From: a virus
DNA: 64,000 nucleotides
Virus record (IMG/VR): IMGVR_UViG_3300028800_000002
Coordinates: 1-64,000 of that record
Strand: one strand, 5' to 3'
In this document: one piece after another, positions 1-9,963 of the stretch
Position numbering within the stretch: position 1 is the first letter of the stretch
Layout of the letters: every line of letters starts with the position of its first letter
Translations under genes and position numbers: made by a program
The notes under the pieces: model-generated
The model's input: the letters and a program-made list of their open reading frames with translations, nothing else
Databases searched by the model: none
What the model was told of the DNA's origin: nothing

Positions 1-2
1 GG

Positions 3-221
3 GAAGCCCGCAAGCTTGAACAAGTCCTGGCCAGAACTCTCAATCAGCCTAAGGCTATGGGAGTGAACTTCAAGACCGTCACCCAGGTGGAGGTACTGCC
101 GGGCTTAGTCCGTATCGAAGGCACTGATGCCAAAGGGAGACATACCGTCGAAACCCAAGTAATCCCAGACCCTCAGAAGCCACCCATCAGATACTATGTA
201 ATTACTGGAGACTCCCGCTAA
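3..221 (+). CDS. 5'-truncated hypothetical protein
   Basis: Frame open from the window edge (EARKLEQVLAR...YYVITGDSR); TAA at 219-221 abuts the ATG at 222. Confidence 0.7.
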   Translation, partial: EARKLEQVLARTLNQPKAMGVNFKTVTQVEVLPGLVRIEGTDAKGRHTVETQVIPDPQKPPIRYYVITGDSR

Positions 222-3200
222 ATGTCGAACTATACCCCTGAAGAAGTCCAAGCCGCTGTTAGCAAGATTGTACGGTCCACTGTGTCCCATCCTACGGGTG
301 CCCTCGGCAACAGGGACACTTCGGCGACCTTCAACGAGCTCCAAGAGGCAGCCGCAGGGGTCTTTGTACTGTACTACAATGCCCCCTTCTACTGCATCAA
401 GCTCGGCACCACAAGAGTCGCCGATTCAGTACAAGCTCAGGCCCAAACCGTCTCTGACCTCATCGATGCAGTCAAGGCCTGCAGCAAGCTAACGACCCCT
501 CTTACCGACATCTCTGCCCTCGCTAACGCCAATTCTGCCCTACAAGCCCTCGGTAGCGCCGTTGGCAACCGAAAGGACGGCTTCCAGGACATCACCCAAG
601 TCCCCGCCTACCAGCGCTACGCCGCCTCCATCTCCCTGTTCATCCAGCAAGGGGGCGACAACATCAAGAGCGCTCCCTCCACCATTGACCCCCTAACAGG
701 CTCCCCTACAGGCGGAGTGCCTACGTCCAGCGTCATAGACACCCCCGCCGGGGCTCGGGCGAAAATCCCCGGTCTTGTGACGGCCCTCCAATCTCAGCAC
801 CAAGCACTCATCGCCAGCGCAGGGTTGCTTGCTGGGGCTATGGACGACTTCGCCTCGATGAACTTGCCCCAGGTGGCAGCCCAGGGGGTTATCTCTCGCT
901 CGAGCGACGTACTCAAAGAGCACTACAACGCCCTAGCAGCGCAGGACGAGAACGCCCGCCTCACCAACCTGCGCGCAATCATGTTGGACCTGCTCACCCA
1001 GCAACCACTGGTAAGAGCATACGGCGCCGCGCTGGGCCCAAGCGAGTACATCAGGGCTTATGCCAACGGGATTGCCTACAGCGATGCGACTAACCTGTCC
1101 ACGCCAGCGACACTTGTGGCTGAGCTACCTGGTCCTTACTCGATTGTAGAGGCAAACCAGTTCATCCGATTGGCCATCGATGGGGCAGCTTCCTACGAAT
1201 ACCCGTTGCCCCTCGGGCAGATCGCCTCCATCACAGGGACGGTGACTGAGCCTTTCACTATCGTGGACGACCTCATCCTCCCCAGCAACAACAAGGTTCG
1301 CGTGCTCTTCGACGACCCCAATGCAAGTTCACCGTACACCGTGGACTTCACGTTGACGGCTGGCCCTTCAAGGTCCTCTGCTGCCATCGCCGCTGAAGTC
1401 AACGCAGAGCTCGTGGGCACGGACCTCAAATGCACGCGTTCTTTTAGCCCCTTGAAGTTTGACTCACTGGTAACGGTCACCTCGCTCGGTGGGCTTGGGG
1501 CTAGGTTCTCCATACTTGGTGGATCACTCCTAGGACTTGGGATTGTCGTGGGTGATGAGCTCGACGTGGTAACTGGGCCAGATGCCGGCACAACCTGGGT
1601 GGTGCAGGCTGTGGACCCAGCTGGGAACTACGTGGAGGCGCTTGGGGTTGGTGCGGTCACTCCGGTGGCGCTTCCGGACGACATCGAGGTCAAAGTGGGG
1701 CCTGCCAAGCGGGCGTTGACTCTAGAGGACACCAACCCAACACTCAGCCTTTACCTGCGTCGAACCATTCGGATCATGAACGACGCCGGTAATATCTACA
1801 ACCAAGGGGCGGCCACGTTAGGCTGGTTCCCCGGAATGGAGTCGCGCTCTCGCCCGGTAGCCGCCAAGGATGTGGCTGCCAACCTATCTACGTCACGAAG
1901 TGATATCACCGCGGCTGCAGTGTTCTCAGCTGTCCACTACACCGGTTCCGCACACTCAAGTGCCTCAGATGCCGGGCTAGTAGTGCTTTCCAAGTACCAA
2001 GCTGAAGGAACTCTTGATGGCGGGACCTTGGCCATATTCTCGGTATCTGACGGCAGCGACCCATCAGCTCACGTTGGTCTAGGGGATCAGTGCGTGATTA
2101 GGTCGACGGCAACAAGTGCTGACCTGAATGCGCAAGGCAGCGTGACCAACGTCAGTTCAACATCCATGGCTGTCTTCTTTTCAAGGTCAGTGAGTCCTGG
2201 AGCTGTCAGTATCGAAGTAGGGCCTCAAGTGAACTTTGCCTTTGGCGCCATCCTCAATGTCACTGATGGTAACAACAAAGGACGTTACGCAGTTCGAGAG
2301 AATCAAGGCATCGGAACTACATGCTTATTTGAGATACCCATTGAATCAGCATTGCCTGTGCCTAAAGATGGCTCGAGCAACGTGAATTTCTCGGTAGAGT
2401 TCGGTGTTGAGTACCTTTCAATATCGAGTCGATTGGAGCAAGTCACCAGTGAAGTACAAGCAGCCAATGCTAGCAGTGGGACGGGCGCCGAGTACTTCTT
2501 CCATGCAGCGAATCTTCCTGCGAGCGCCATTGGCACGACGTCCTATTTGCAGTTTGTGCCTACTTCGAGCGGTAGGCCCTCATGGCCCGAGGGCATTGAA
2601 GCGGGGGACCTCATTCTTGTGTTTGCTACGGACATTTCTGTACTGAACAGTACATTCACCGTGGTGGATGCATCAAATTCCAACAGAACCAACGTCATCA
2701 AGCTCACCCCTGATATCGAGGCCAACGCCATCTACGCGTTCTCACCCAACACAAACCCCCCGCTGGCACTCATTCGCGTGGCTAAGGTAGCCAACTATTC
2801 GACGTTGAAGGCCGCCCTCGACGCATGGACAACCGCAGATACACAGCAGACGCAGTATTTCAGGGACTTGTCGAGGTACCTCAATCCTGTATTGCTCAAC
2901 GCTAAGCCCACAGCAGTTGAGATTGGCAATGCAGTGCAGCAGCTAACATTGTTGCAGGGTGGGGTTACCGCATTGGCAGACGACCTTAGCGTCTATGCGT
3001 CCCCAACGGAGCCAGCGGTGGATGCATTATTGGGCTCTTTCCGGGATAAGGGATCTGATAGGGCCATTGATTTGCTGCTGAACGGACAGTTCTCGGCATT
3101 CTTTGGGCTCGACATGGAAAGTACAAGCTACTCAGGCACGCTTACAAAAGCTGCTCGAGAGCTTGCGGTCAACGACCTGCCCGTGCGCAAGACAGCTAGA

Positions 3201-3338
3201 ACTGCTCTTGCTGGGCAGACTTCATTGGGCGTCATCCCTGACCAGAAGGATTTCGAGTACACCTCGGATGACGCTGATTCGCCCGATACCCCGGATATCC
3301 CCGTGGGTGCGGACACTTCAACAGGAACAAGCTACTAA
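222..3338 (+). CDS. Large (1038 aa) putative virion structural protein
   Basis: Long ORF with a helical N-terminus, a beta-rich S/T/G/V middle and an acidic tail; no catalytic motif recognised; function inferred from size and composition. Confidence 0.6.
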   Translation: MSNYTPEEVQAAVSKIVRSTVSHPTGALGNRDTSATFNELQEAAAGVFVLYYNAPFYCIKLGTTRVADSVQAQAQTVSDLIDAVKACSKLTTPLTDISALANANSALQALGSAVGNRKDGFQDITQVPAYQRYAASISLFIQQGGDNIKSAPSTIDPLTGSPTGGVPTSSVIDTPAGARAKIPGLVTALQSQHQALIASAGLLAGAMDDFASMNLPQVAAQGVISRSSDVLKEHYNALAAQDENARLTNLRAIMLDLLTQQPLVRAYGAALGPSEYIRAYANGIAYSDATNLSTPATLVAELPGPYSIVEANQFIRLAIDGAASYEYPLPLGQIASITGTVTEPFTIVDDLILPSNNKVRVLFDDPNASSPYTVDFTLTAGPSRSSAAIAAEVNAELVGTDLKCTRSFSPLKFDSLVTVTSLGGLGARFSILGGSLLGLGIVVGDELDVVTGPDAGTTWVVQAVDPAGNYVEALGVGAVTPVALPDDIEVKVGPAKRALTLEDTNPTLSLYLRRTIRIMNDAGNIYNQGAATLGWFPGMESRSRPVAAKDVAANLSTSRSDITAAAVFSAVHYTGSAHSSASDAGLVVLSKYQAEGTLDGGTLAIFSVSDGSDPSAHVGLGDQCVIRSTATSADLNAQGSVTNVSSTSMAVFFSRSVSPGAVSIEVGPQVNFAFGAILNVTDGNNKGRYAVRENQGIGTTCLFEIPIESALPVPKDGSSNVNFSVEFGVEYLSISSRLEQVTSEVQAANASSGTGAEYFFHAANLPASAIGTTSYLQFVPTSSGRPSWPEGIEAGDLILVFATDISVLNSTFTVVDASNSNRTNVIKLTPDIEANAIYAFSPNTNPPLALIRVAKVANYSTLKAALDAWTTADTQQTQYFRDLSRYLNPVLLNAKPTAVEIGNAVQQLTLLQGGVTALADDLSVYASPTEPAVDALLGSFRDKGSDRAIDLLLNGQFSAFFGLDMESTSYSGTLTKAARELAVNDLPVRKTARTALAGQTSLGVIPDQKDFEYTSDDADSPDTPDIPVGADTSTGTSY

Positions 3339-3997
3339 TGTCAATACGACTGGTGTTATTTGCAGATCGCCCTCACACCATGCTGGTGTTTGTACCTGAA
3401 GATGATATGGATGGCTTTGTACTTCCACGACTACAATCGCCATTCACGTTAGAGAGCGTACGGGCAGCATTGGTAGAAGCACGCACAAAGGACAGGTTTC
3501 GTGTTGAGCTACTGCCATCCGCTACCCGCTATGACGCTGTCATCAGGAAGAAACTACTCGATGCTCGGTCAGAACGAGCTCAAAAGGATAAACTGGCTAG
3601 GAGTTCATTCATTCTTGCGCAGAAGACCTCAAACAGCGAGGAAGAACGAGATCGTGCAGCTTTACTGGAGCGCAAAGAGACACTTGACGACCGTCTGCGT
3701 AGAGCCAAAGCAGAGCTCTCGTCTGCAAGGACACTAGCTTCCACCTCTGGGAATTACATGCACCCGGCTGCCTACAGGAGGCTTGAGAACGAGGTGAATG
3801 CCTTGACCACTGAGTCCCAAGCACTGCAGACTCGTATTGGGGAGGCCTCTCAAAGCATAAAGGCGGCCAACATCAAGAAGAACACAGGTGTGCTTCGCTT
3901 GTTCAAAGACATCGCAAGCCAAAAGCTTCCTCTCGAGTTGTTTAGGGAAATAATGGGCGAAGCTCTAGAGGAGAATGACCGAATTCAAAATGCGTAA
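3338..3997 (+). CDS. Hypothetical coiled-coil protein
   Basis: TAATG-coupled to the upstream gene; K/E/R/L/A-rich heptads. Confidence 0.75.
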   Translation: MSIRLVLFADRPHTMLVFVPEDDMDGFVLPRLQSPFTLESVRAALVEARTKDRFRVELLPSATRYDAVIRKKLLDARSERAQKDKLARSSFILAQKTSNSEEERDRAALLERKETLDDRLRRAKAELSSARTLASTSGNYMHPAAYRRLENEVNALTTESQALQTRIGEASQSIKAANIKKNTGVLRLFKDIASQKLPLELFREIMGEALEENDRIQNA

Positions 3998-4229
3998 ACA
4001 AATAAGGATTCTCTATTTGCACGGGGTTGACCCACTCAAGTGGATGAAGAAGCACGACATTGAAGCCTTCACCGCGCCTTGCCAGGATTGCGGGAAAGTA
4101 CAATCAACTATGTTGCCGATGATTTTCGGCAGGCAACCAGGTCTTGCTATCGACTGCGCTTGTGGCTCACACGTTCCGTACACCTTCGCGCTTCCAAGTG
4201 ATTGGAGCAAGGGGCTAACGGGAGAGTAA
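3975..4229 (+). CDS. Small Cys-containing hypothetical protein
   Basis: CQDC and CAC motifs; overlaps the upstream stop. Confidence 0.6.
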   Translation: MTEFKMRKQIRILYLHGVDPLKWMKKHDIEAFTAPCQDCGKVQSTMLPMIFGRQPGLAIDCACGSHVPYTFALPSDWSKGLTGE

Positions 4230-4295
4230 GGGATCAAAAAATGAAGGTAACTGAAGAAACTGTGATTACCCCATCGGCAAGCAGAGCAGCTCAAC

Positions 4296-4649
4296 GTGTA
4301 TTCAACATGGATAATGCAAACTACTTCGCTTGTTGAACTGCCTGACATTGATTGGGAGGCAGTACACCAACTGTACATAGTCAACTCCTGGGTTTGGGGA
4401 ATGGTGCTACGAGAGTACATTCCCAACATCTATCAACCGCGCGCCATGGCGCAGGAGCTACTCGACAGTGTCCAGCATGCAGTAAGTAGACCGCGGGCAG
4501 TCAGCAGCGGGCATATAACCGTGTTCCAGAAGAGATTTCTCTTCTGGACTTGGTACAACTTACGCCTCGGGGACTTTGGATCAGGCACAGCGCTTGTGGA
4601 TGCGCCGAGAAAGAAGAAGATACATGGGAAAGCTGACAATCGAAGTTGA
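4296..4649 (+). CDS. Hypothetical protein (start uncertain)
   Basis: ORF in a co-oriented gene run; no clear RBS at GTG 4296. Confidence 0.55.
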   Translation: MYSTWIMQTTSLVELPDIDWEAVHQLYIVNSWVWGMVLREYIPNIYQPRAMAQELLDSVQHAVSRPRAVSSGHITVFQKRFLFWTWYNLRLGDFGSGTALVDAPRKKKIHGKADNRS

Positions 4650-5061
4650 AGAAGGTCTTGACGGCGTATCCACCACCAAGGTGAATCTTGATGGTAAGCC
4701 AGTGGGGATATTGACTAACCTGTCCTTGTTTGCGAGCGATGTCGTAGTCACCGTGAATGCCACATTTGCAGACCTGGCCTCGAACATGCCAGGGGCTCGC
4801 GCGATGGCGAAGCTGTCGTTCGCAACAGTATCGATAAACGTCAATCACGATGCGGAGGTGTCGCCAACCCTACATTGGTCGTTGGTAGATAATCGGTTTG
4901 TGCTTTTCGCTGATGGCACGGAGAAGGCTTTCGTGCTGGATGACAAAACACACTACCTCGGGTTTTTGGTTGACAACAACCCAGACTCTGGTCCTGATGT
5001 ATCCTCTGTCGACTTTCACGATTGCTGCAGACAGCTCGAGGATAAGGTAACTACAAAGTAG
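4624..5061 (+). CDS. Hypothetical protein
   Basis: ATG at 4624 (MGKLTIEVEE) overlaps the upstream end. Confidence 0.65.
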   Translation: MGKLTIEVEEGLDGVSTTKVNLDGKPVGILTNLSLFASDVVVTVNATFADLASNMPGARAMAKLSFATVSINVNHDAEVSPTLHWSLVDNRFVLFADGTEKAFVLDDKTHYLGFLVDNNPDSGPDVSSVDFHDCCRQLEDKVTTK

Positions 5062-5069
5062 AGGACTCC

Positions 5070-5525
5070 ATGGGGCTTACTAAACGATTGAATGAGTTCA
5101 AGGTAAGGCAAGAGCAACGCAAGGAGGATGAGGTCAGTGGCATAGGGGAGGTTTTCCACATGGAGAACCCTCCTGAGCAGATGCGAGATCGCGCTGAAAA
5201 GCTGAAGCACCTAACAGATAAGTACGCACCCCAGCTGGCGGAGAGATGGTGTATGCACGGCTGTGACCCAAAGGTTGTGGGTTGCGTCGTATACCAGAGC
5301 CGCACAGTTTGCGCATACTTGGCTAACGTTGAGGACTTCATTCCCCACTTACGTAGAGGTGCCGAGCTGGATGTCATCATGTACCGCGAGTACATGGACG
5401 ACCAGTTGCGCAATATTCCAGAGGGGAAGGGAAAACGGATGGCTCTTTACGTGTGCTTCAACGGCTCCGATGGCATTATGACCGCAGGTGTGGCCTACAT
5501 AGCCATTGACCCGATTGAGAACTGA
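5070..5525 (+). CDS. Hypothetical protein
   Basis: GAGG RBS; 151 aa ORF in the gene run. Confidence 0.7.
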   Translation: MGLTKRLNEFKVRQEQRKEDEVSGIGEVFHMENPPEQMRDRAEKLKHLTDKYAPQLAERWCMHGCDPKVVGCVVYQSRTVCAYLANVEDFIPHLRRGAELDVIMYREYMDDQLRNIPEGKGKRMALYVCFNGSDGIMTAGVAYIAIDPIEN

Positions 5526-5526
5526 C

Positions 5527-5763
5527 ATGATTACGCAGCGCGAAGCCTTAGATATGCTGCGTACCATTTGGGGTACTCCTACTGGATACGACCTCGTTGC
5601 CATGCGGCGACTGCAGGAGGAAGCACTGCCAGGGGAGCACCCTATGCACACCGCGGCTAGAATTGCGCAATGCCCCAAGCTCAGCAAGGCGAGCCCGTTC
5701 GATTTCTTGTACGTTCAGGAATGCCTGGCTGAGCTGGTCAATCAAGGAGAACCCCGTGTATAA
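5527..5763 (+). CDS. Hypothetical protein
   Basis: ATG directly after the upstream TGA. Confidence 0.65.
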   Translation: MITQREALDMLRTIWGTPTGYDLVAMRRLQEEALPGEHPMHTAARIAQCPKLSKASPFDFLYVQECLAELVNQGEPRV

Positions 5764-6274
5764 CGAGAATGAATATCAGACGAAGAAGCGTGAACTACTG
5801 ACGGCTATCGCTAGGACCATTCAGGAGTCCATTGAGCGTTGGCCTGACCTCGAAGTAGTTGTAGTCACCAGCACCAACGATGGTGAGTACGTAGGCGTAT
5901 CCGCCTCCGTGTCTACGGAAAGGGCTGAGGATATTCTGCGATGTGCCCATACCGCCAGCGGGCATGTGGACCACGTTGAACTTATCGACACGACAGCTGC
6001 TAGGTCGATTGAGGACGAGGCCATCGCGTTCCACCGTGCTCGATTCTTGAGCTCTGAAGAGATTGCAGACTTCCATCGAGTAGCAGCTATTCTTGGGTTT
6101 GGGCATGTGCGTGAAAGCTTGGATCTGTCGTACCTAGCGCTGGATCTGATGCTTGCTGGCGATACGGTACACCTTGCACTAATAGAGAAGTTCCGCGCAG
6201 GCATGCTCACGCTGACTGGTGCTTTGACACCCGTACAATTGCCTCCCGCGAGGGATAATAATCTAGAGAGGTGA
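5756..6274 (+). CDS. Hypothetical protein
   Basis: AGGAG RBS before GTG 5756; overlaps the upstream stop. Confidence 0.7.
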   Translation: MYNENEYQTKKRELLTAIARTIQESIERWPDLEVVVVTSTNDGEYVGVSASVSTERAEDILRCAHTASGHVDHVELIDTTAARSIEDEAIAFHRARFLSSEEIADFHRVAAILGFGHVRESLDLSYLALDLMLAGDTVHLALIEKFRAGMLTLTGALTPVQLPPARDNNLER

Positions 6275-6276
6275 CT

Positions 6277-6882
6277 ATGCCGGTAAAGAAGTTGACTAAG
6301 GCATCGAAGCGACCTGTAACGAAGAAGAGACCGCCTCGTGGTAAAAATCGTCCGAGAGGTCCAAGCTCCACAGATTATCTGCGTCCGTTAGCGGAGAAAT
6401 TCCTTGGGACGTACACTGCCCACGCGGAAGAGGACACCTGTAGTATCTTATTCCTCTCAGAAAAAGAGATGGTTGAATGGTACGCAGAACTAGAGAAGGG
6501 GGAGCACCCTCCTGTGCTGCTGAGGTTTGCCCCAAGGCATAATCCAATATACACGGCATGGGTAGGTCCTAGGGTTGTGCACCGTTGGGTTGCCTTATCG
6601 CAAAATGCTGGGGTAATACAACTCGTCTGCATGATGGCGCCCGACGATGGTGAAAGTCACCCATTCGGGGCAGTTGCTACGCGCAACAAGGAAAACCTTT
6701 ACTTGCGTGCAACCTACGGGACTAGGGAAGAAGCAGCTGCATCGTACATAATCGTGAAGGCACAAAAGCTCACCGCTTTGGCCCAAGAGATTCAATCCCA
6801 CTACGCCTGTATCGAGAAGCACAAGGCATCAATCGAGAGCCTATTGGCTGAGTCTTCTATCGTGGAAGAATGGGTGGCATGA
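6277..6882 (+). CDS. Hypothetical protein with basic N-terminal tail
   Basis: GAGGT RBS; K/R/P-rich N-terminus. Confidence 0.7.
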   Translation: MPVKKLTKASKRPVTKKRPPRGKNRPRGPSSTDYLRPLAEKFLGTYTAHAEEDTCSILFLSEKEMVEWYAELEKGEHPPVLLRFAPRHNPIYTAWVGPRVVHRWVALSQNAGVIQLVCMMAPDDGESHPFGAVATRNKENLYLRATYGTREEAAASYIIVKAQKLTALAQEIQSHYACIEKHKASIESLLAESSIVEEWVA

Positions 6883-7127
6883 AGTATTGGATTACGAAGT
6901 ACGCATTGACTCAAGGCATCTTTGAGGTCGAAGGAATAGTGCTGCGCGACAGCCCGAAGATGCTTCATAGGACCAAGAAAGATGGCAGCCCTCACGAGTA
7001 CTACCACAAGCCGTATTGGTACGAGTCACGCGAAAGGGCAGTTGCTCACGCAGTTATTCAGTGCAGACGGAAGGTTGATGCACTCAACAAGCAAATCGCA
7101 AGGTTGGAAGGTTTGGTGTTCAAGTGA
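6879..7127 (+). CDS. Small phage hypothetical protein
   Basis: ATGA overlap; begins MKYWITKYALTQGIFEVE. Confidence 0.7.
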   Translation: MKYWITKYALTQGIFEVEGIVLRDSPKMLHRTKKDGSPHEYYHKPYWYESRERAVAHAVIQCRRKVDALNKQIARLEGLVFK

Positions 7128-8254
7128 CATTTGATGCAGACAAATGGGACGGCAAGGATAAGCTGCCGACCCTCTATTCATGCACCGCCACAGGCGCCGT
7201 CAACACGTGGGAGGTGTGGTTAGACAGCGGCGGAATTGTAGTAGTGCGCTGGGGTCAAAAGGGTGGCGCATTACAAACGGCCACCTTCCAGTGCACAGGC
7301 AAAAACATAGGGCGTTCGAATGAGACAAGTGCTTTTGAGCAGGCGAGGCTTGAAGCTATCTCCAAATGGAAGAAGCAGCTCAAGAAAAAGTACTACGAGA
7401 GGCTCGAGGACGCGAATAAGCCCCACCTTCGCCCCATGCTGGCAGCCAAGTTTGTTGACCATAAGAGCAAGGTCAAATTCCCGGTGCATGTACAGCCCAA
7501 GTTTGATGGGGTGCGCTGCCTGGCCTATCGCCTCTATGTGGATGAGCCCGTGGCTCTCTACAGCCGCGGTGGTGACCCGTATGACGTAGAACACATCCGC
7601 CTTATCCTCGATGGCTTCCTGGAGGCAGGGACCATGCTTGACGGTGAAATATACGTGCATGGGATGAGCCTGCAGCAAATCATCTCCTTGGTGAAGCGCC
7701 CACAAGAAGAGAGCAAGCAGCTCAACTACCACGTGTACGACTGCGTAAACCTCGAGCTGCAGGGAACCGAGTCTTGGGAAGAAAGGCACCGCCACTTAGA
7801 GGAATGGTTCGAGGTCAATGCGCCACCAGCAACCATCGTTGAAGTTTCCTCTTTCCTGGCCAATAGCGAGGCACATGTGGCAATGCTGCATGACGACTTC
7901 GTCAAGGACGGGTACGAAGGCGCCATTGTGCGCACGTTCACCGGGACTTACCGCATTGGCTATCGCTCACAGGATTTGCTCAAAGTCAAATCCTTCGACG
8001 ACGCGGAGTACGTCATTGCAGGTTGGACTGTGGGAAAAGGCAAGTTCGCCAACGTGCCCATCTTCAAGTGCAAACTCAAGAACGGTAAGACCTTCGATGT
8101 GGCCCCGCGGGGCACTGACGAGGTGAGGGCGCGGCTCCTAAAGGCTGCAGACTCCATGATTGGGAAACCTTACACAGTAAGACATTTCGGCTTCAGCGAT
8201 ACCGGCGTGCCCAGATTCCCAGTAGGTATTGGGATACGCGAGAAAGGAACTTGA
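7124..8254 (+). CDS. lig: ATP-dependent DNA ligase with N-terminal WGR-like domain
   Basis: Motif I QPKFDGVRC (adenylated Lys), LDGEIY, YHVYD, EGAIVR, LLKVKSFDDAEY, C-terminal PRFPV. Confidence 0.92.
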   Translation: MTFDADKWDGKDKLPTLYSCTATGAVNTWEVWLDSGGIVVVRWGQKGGALQTATFQCTGKNIGRSNETSAFEQARLEAISKWKKQLKKKYYERLEDANKPHLRPMLAAKFVDHKSKVKFPVHVQPKFDGVRCLAYRLYVDEPVALYSRGGDPYDVEHIRLILDGFLEAGTMLDGEIYVHGMSLQQIISLVKRPQEESKQLNYHVYDCVNLELQGTESWEERHRHLEEWFEVNAPPATIVEVSSFLANSEAHVAMLHDDFVKDGYEGAIVRTFTGTYRIGYRSQDLLKVKSFDDAEYVIAGWTVGKGKFANVPIFKCKLKNGKTFDVAPRGTDEVRARLLKAADSMIGKPYTVRHFGFSDTGVPRFPVGIGIREKGT

Positions 8255-8255
8255 A

Positions 8256-8465
8256 GTGGGCAGTATTCCATTCTCAAGTACCCCAAGCTATGGTCCTTGC
8301 CCATTTTGTGGGAAGCCATCGAACACCTTGGTCTCTATGGCCACCGGTCAATGGAGGGTATTTTGTAATCAACAGAAAGCCTGCGGATGCCGTGGGCCAA
8401 AACGAGATACTGCCAAAGGGGCTATTCGAGCTTGGGCAATCCGAGCGCGACAGAAAGGAACTTGA
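8256..8465 (+). CDS. Lar-like (restriction alleviation) zinc-binding protein
   Basis: PCPFCG...VFC...CGCRGP...AIRAW pattern typical of the Lar family; GTG start after an AAGGA RBS. Confidence 0.65.
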   Translation: MGSIPFSSTPSYGPCPFCGKPSNTLVSMATGQWRVFCNQQKACGCRGPKRDTAKGAIRAWAIRARQKGT

Positions 8466-8482
8466 TGGCCTGCACAGGTAAT

Positions 8483-8770
8483 ATGGACAAGATAGTACAA
8501 GAAGCTCGAGTTGCAGTTATCAAAGAGGCTGTACGCCCAATGGGCTCTCCATACATGGAAGTCCTTGAGCAGCTGATCCTCGATGCTAGTCAGGCTGCCA
8601 CCTGGAAAGAATGGGCACTCGAGGCCATGGACAGCCACAATATCTGCGAGAAGTCTGCGCTCAAAGAGCCTTTTGACCCAGATGTGGCTAGGGAGGCAAT
8701 CGGAGAGTGCCTATCAATTCAGACATGGCCTACACCGAGACGGAACGACAGCAACAATAAAGAAACCTAA
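8483..8770 (+). CDS. Hypothetical protein
   Basis: ATG 8483; TAATG-coupled to the next gene. Confidence 0.65.
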   Translation: MDKIVQEARVAVIKEAVRPMGSPYMEVLEQLILDASQAATWKEWALEAMDSHNICEKSALKEPFDPDVAREAIGECLSIQTWPTPRRNDSNNKET

Positions 8771-9165
8771 TGCCTACAATTTGCGAGGGGTGCCTCTTCT
8801 ACTATCCACGGAACACTCCATGGACTTGCGAGCTTGAGAGGCACCCCGCCACCTGTGGCTCAGCTAGGATTCTAGCGCCTGAGCCACCCACAAAAGGGAA
8901 ATACATCATGTACTACATATTTGAAGTCAATGGTTCGTCAGTTGTTCTGGACTCTGCAGAGGTTGCTTTGCAGGTCATCAATAGGAATTCAGATCGAAGG
9001 ATCTCGATAGACCAAACAAGTCGCTGGGAAACGTGGGCAATGGCCACGCTTAGGGAACTTGGCCTAGAAGATCAATGCACAGTTGCCGGGAGGTTTGATC
9101 CTGACGCAGCGCGTGTTGTACTTACTCGCGAATTGGTTTCAAGGCAGCCAGACAAAGGGGAGTGA
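8770..9165 (+). CDS. Hypothetical protein with N-terminal Cys motif
   Basis: CEGC...C...C; coupled start. Confidence 0.6.
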   Translation: MPTICEGCLFYYPRNTPWTCELERHPATCGSARILAPEPPTKGKYIMYYIFEVNGSSVVLDSAEVALQVINRNSDRRISIDQTSRWETWAMATLRELGLEDQCTVAGRFDPDAARVVLTRELVSRQPDKGE

Positions 9166-9479
9166 CGATGCCGTTCCCGTACCGAGTCCCCGTCGGGAGT
9201 GTCTTCATCGAATGTGAAGGCCCCGACGAGGTACTGTCGCTGGTGAAACGGCTAACGGGCGAGCCACAATGTGCCAAGGCTAGTACGCCAGCTATACTTG
9301 CGGAAGAGAGCCAATCGGCAGTTTGGATGCATTGGGCTAAGTATCTCATCTACAAGTACGACTTGTGCGAACCAAAGACTTCCGAGGACCTCAAGGAAAA
9401 CGAAGCTAGGGACATCATCGAGGTATTCTTAGACAAATTGATGGGACACAAGGGAGCAAAGGACGGCGAAGATGCCTGA
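9162..9479 (+). CDS. Hypothetical protein
   Basis: GTGA overlap; GGGAG RBS. Confidence 0.65.
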   Translation: MTMPFPYRVPVGSVFIECEGPDEVLSLVKRLTGEPQCAKASTPAILAEESQSAVWMHWAKYLIYKYDLCEPKTSEDLKENEARDIIEVFLDKLMGHKGAKDGEDA

Positions 9480-9963
9480 GTTACTCTTTGAAACATTGAA
9501 TCGTGCGCTCAGCCGCCTGGTGAAGTGGCGCTCAGTATTTGCAGGTTGGCAGTTAGGGACTCGAGCCATTGATGAAGGTGGCGAGCTTGCCGCAGTCAGA
9601 GACCACGTGGACATTACGCTGGTTATGCAAACAGAGATCTCCGCCTTGCGTAAAGTACTGCGTGTAGACCCAGTGCTCTGCAAAGATGCGGCTGATCTTG
9701 AGCCCAATAACATACTCGAAGGTGTGCGCGCGCATCGCGCTACAACATTGGTTATGCGGGCAGAGCTCAATGCGTTGCTGGATGTACTTGTATCCAACAA
9801 AGTCATTACTATTGAGCAGTACCAAGAGTCCATGCTGGCTGAGATAGAGCTGGCCACGCTGGAATTAGAAAGACGGTTTCCGGGCGCCAAAGCTACCGAC
9901 AATGGCATGGTGTTCACTCCTGAGTTCCAAAAGACAATGAAACTCTACAAGTTCCCTCCATGA
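9472..9963 (+). CDS. Hypothetical protein with internal duplication
   Basis: TLVMQTEISALRKVL and TLVMRAELNALLDVL repeat units. Confidence 0.7.
   Translation: MPELLFETLNRALSRLVKWRSVFAGWQLGTRAIDEGGELAAVRDHVDITLVMQTEISALRKVLRVDPVLCKDAADLEPNNILEGVRAHRATTLVMRAELNALLDVLVSNKVITIEQYQESMLAEIELATLELERRFPGAKATDNGMVFTPEFQKTMKLYKFPP

Noticed and set aside
3039-3050. Intragenic GATAAG matches (also 31379 and 31861)
   Set aside because: They lack the -35-like box and the downstream leader; probably chance matches.
8251-8481. Alternative 76-aa ORF overlapping the Lar-like gene
   Set aside because: It has plausible overlaps, but only the other frame carries a recognisable family pattern; dual coding is unsupported.
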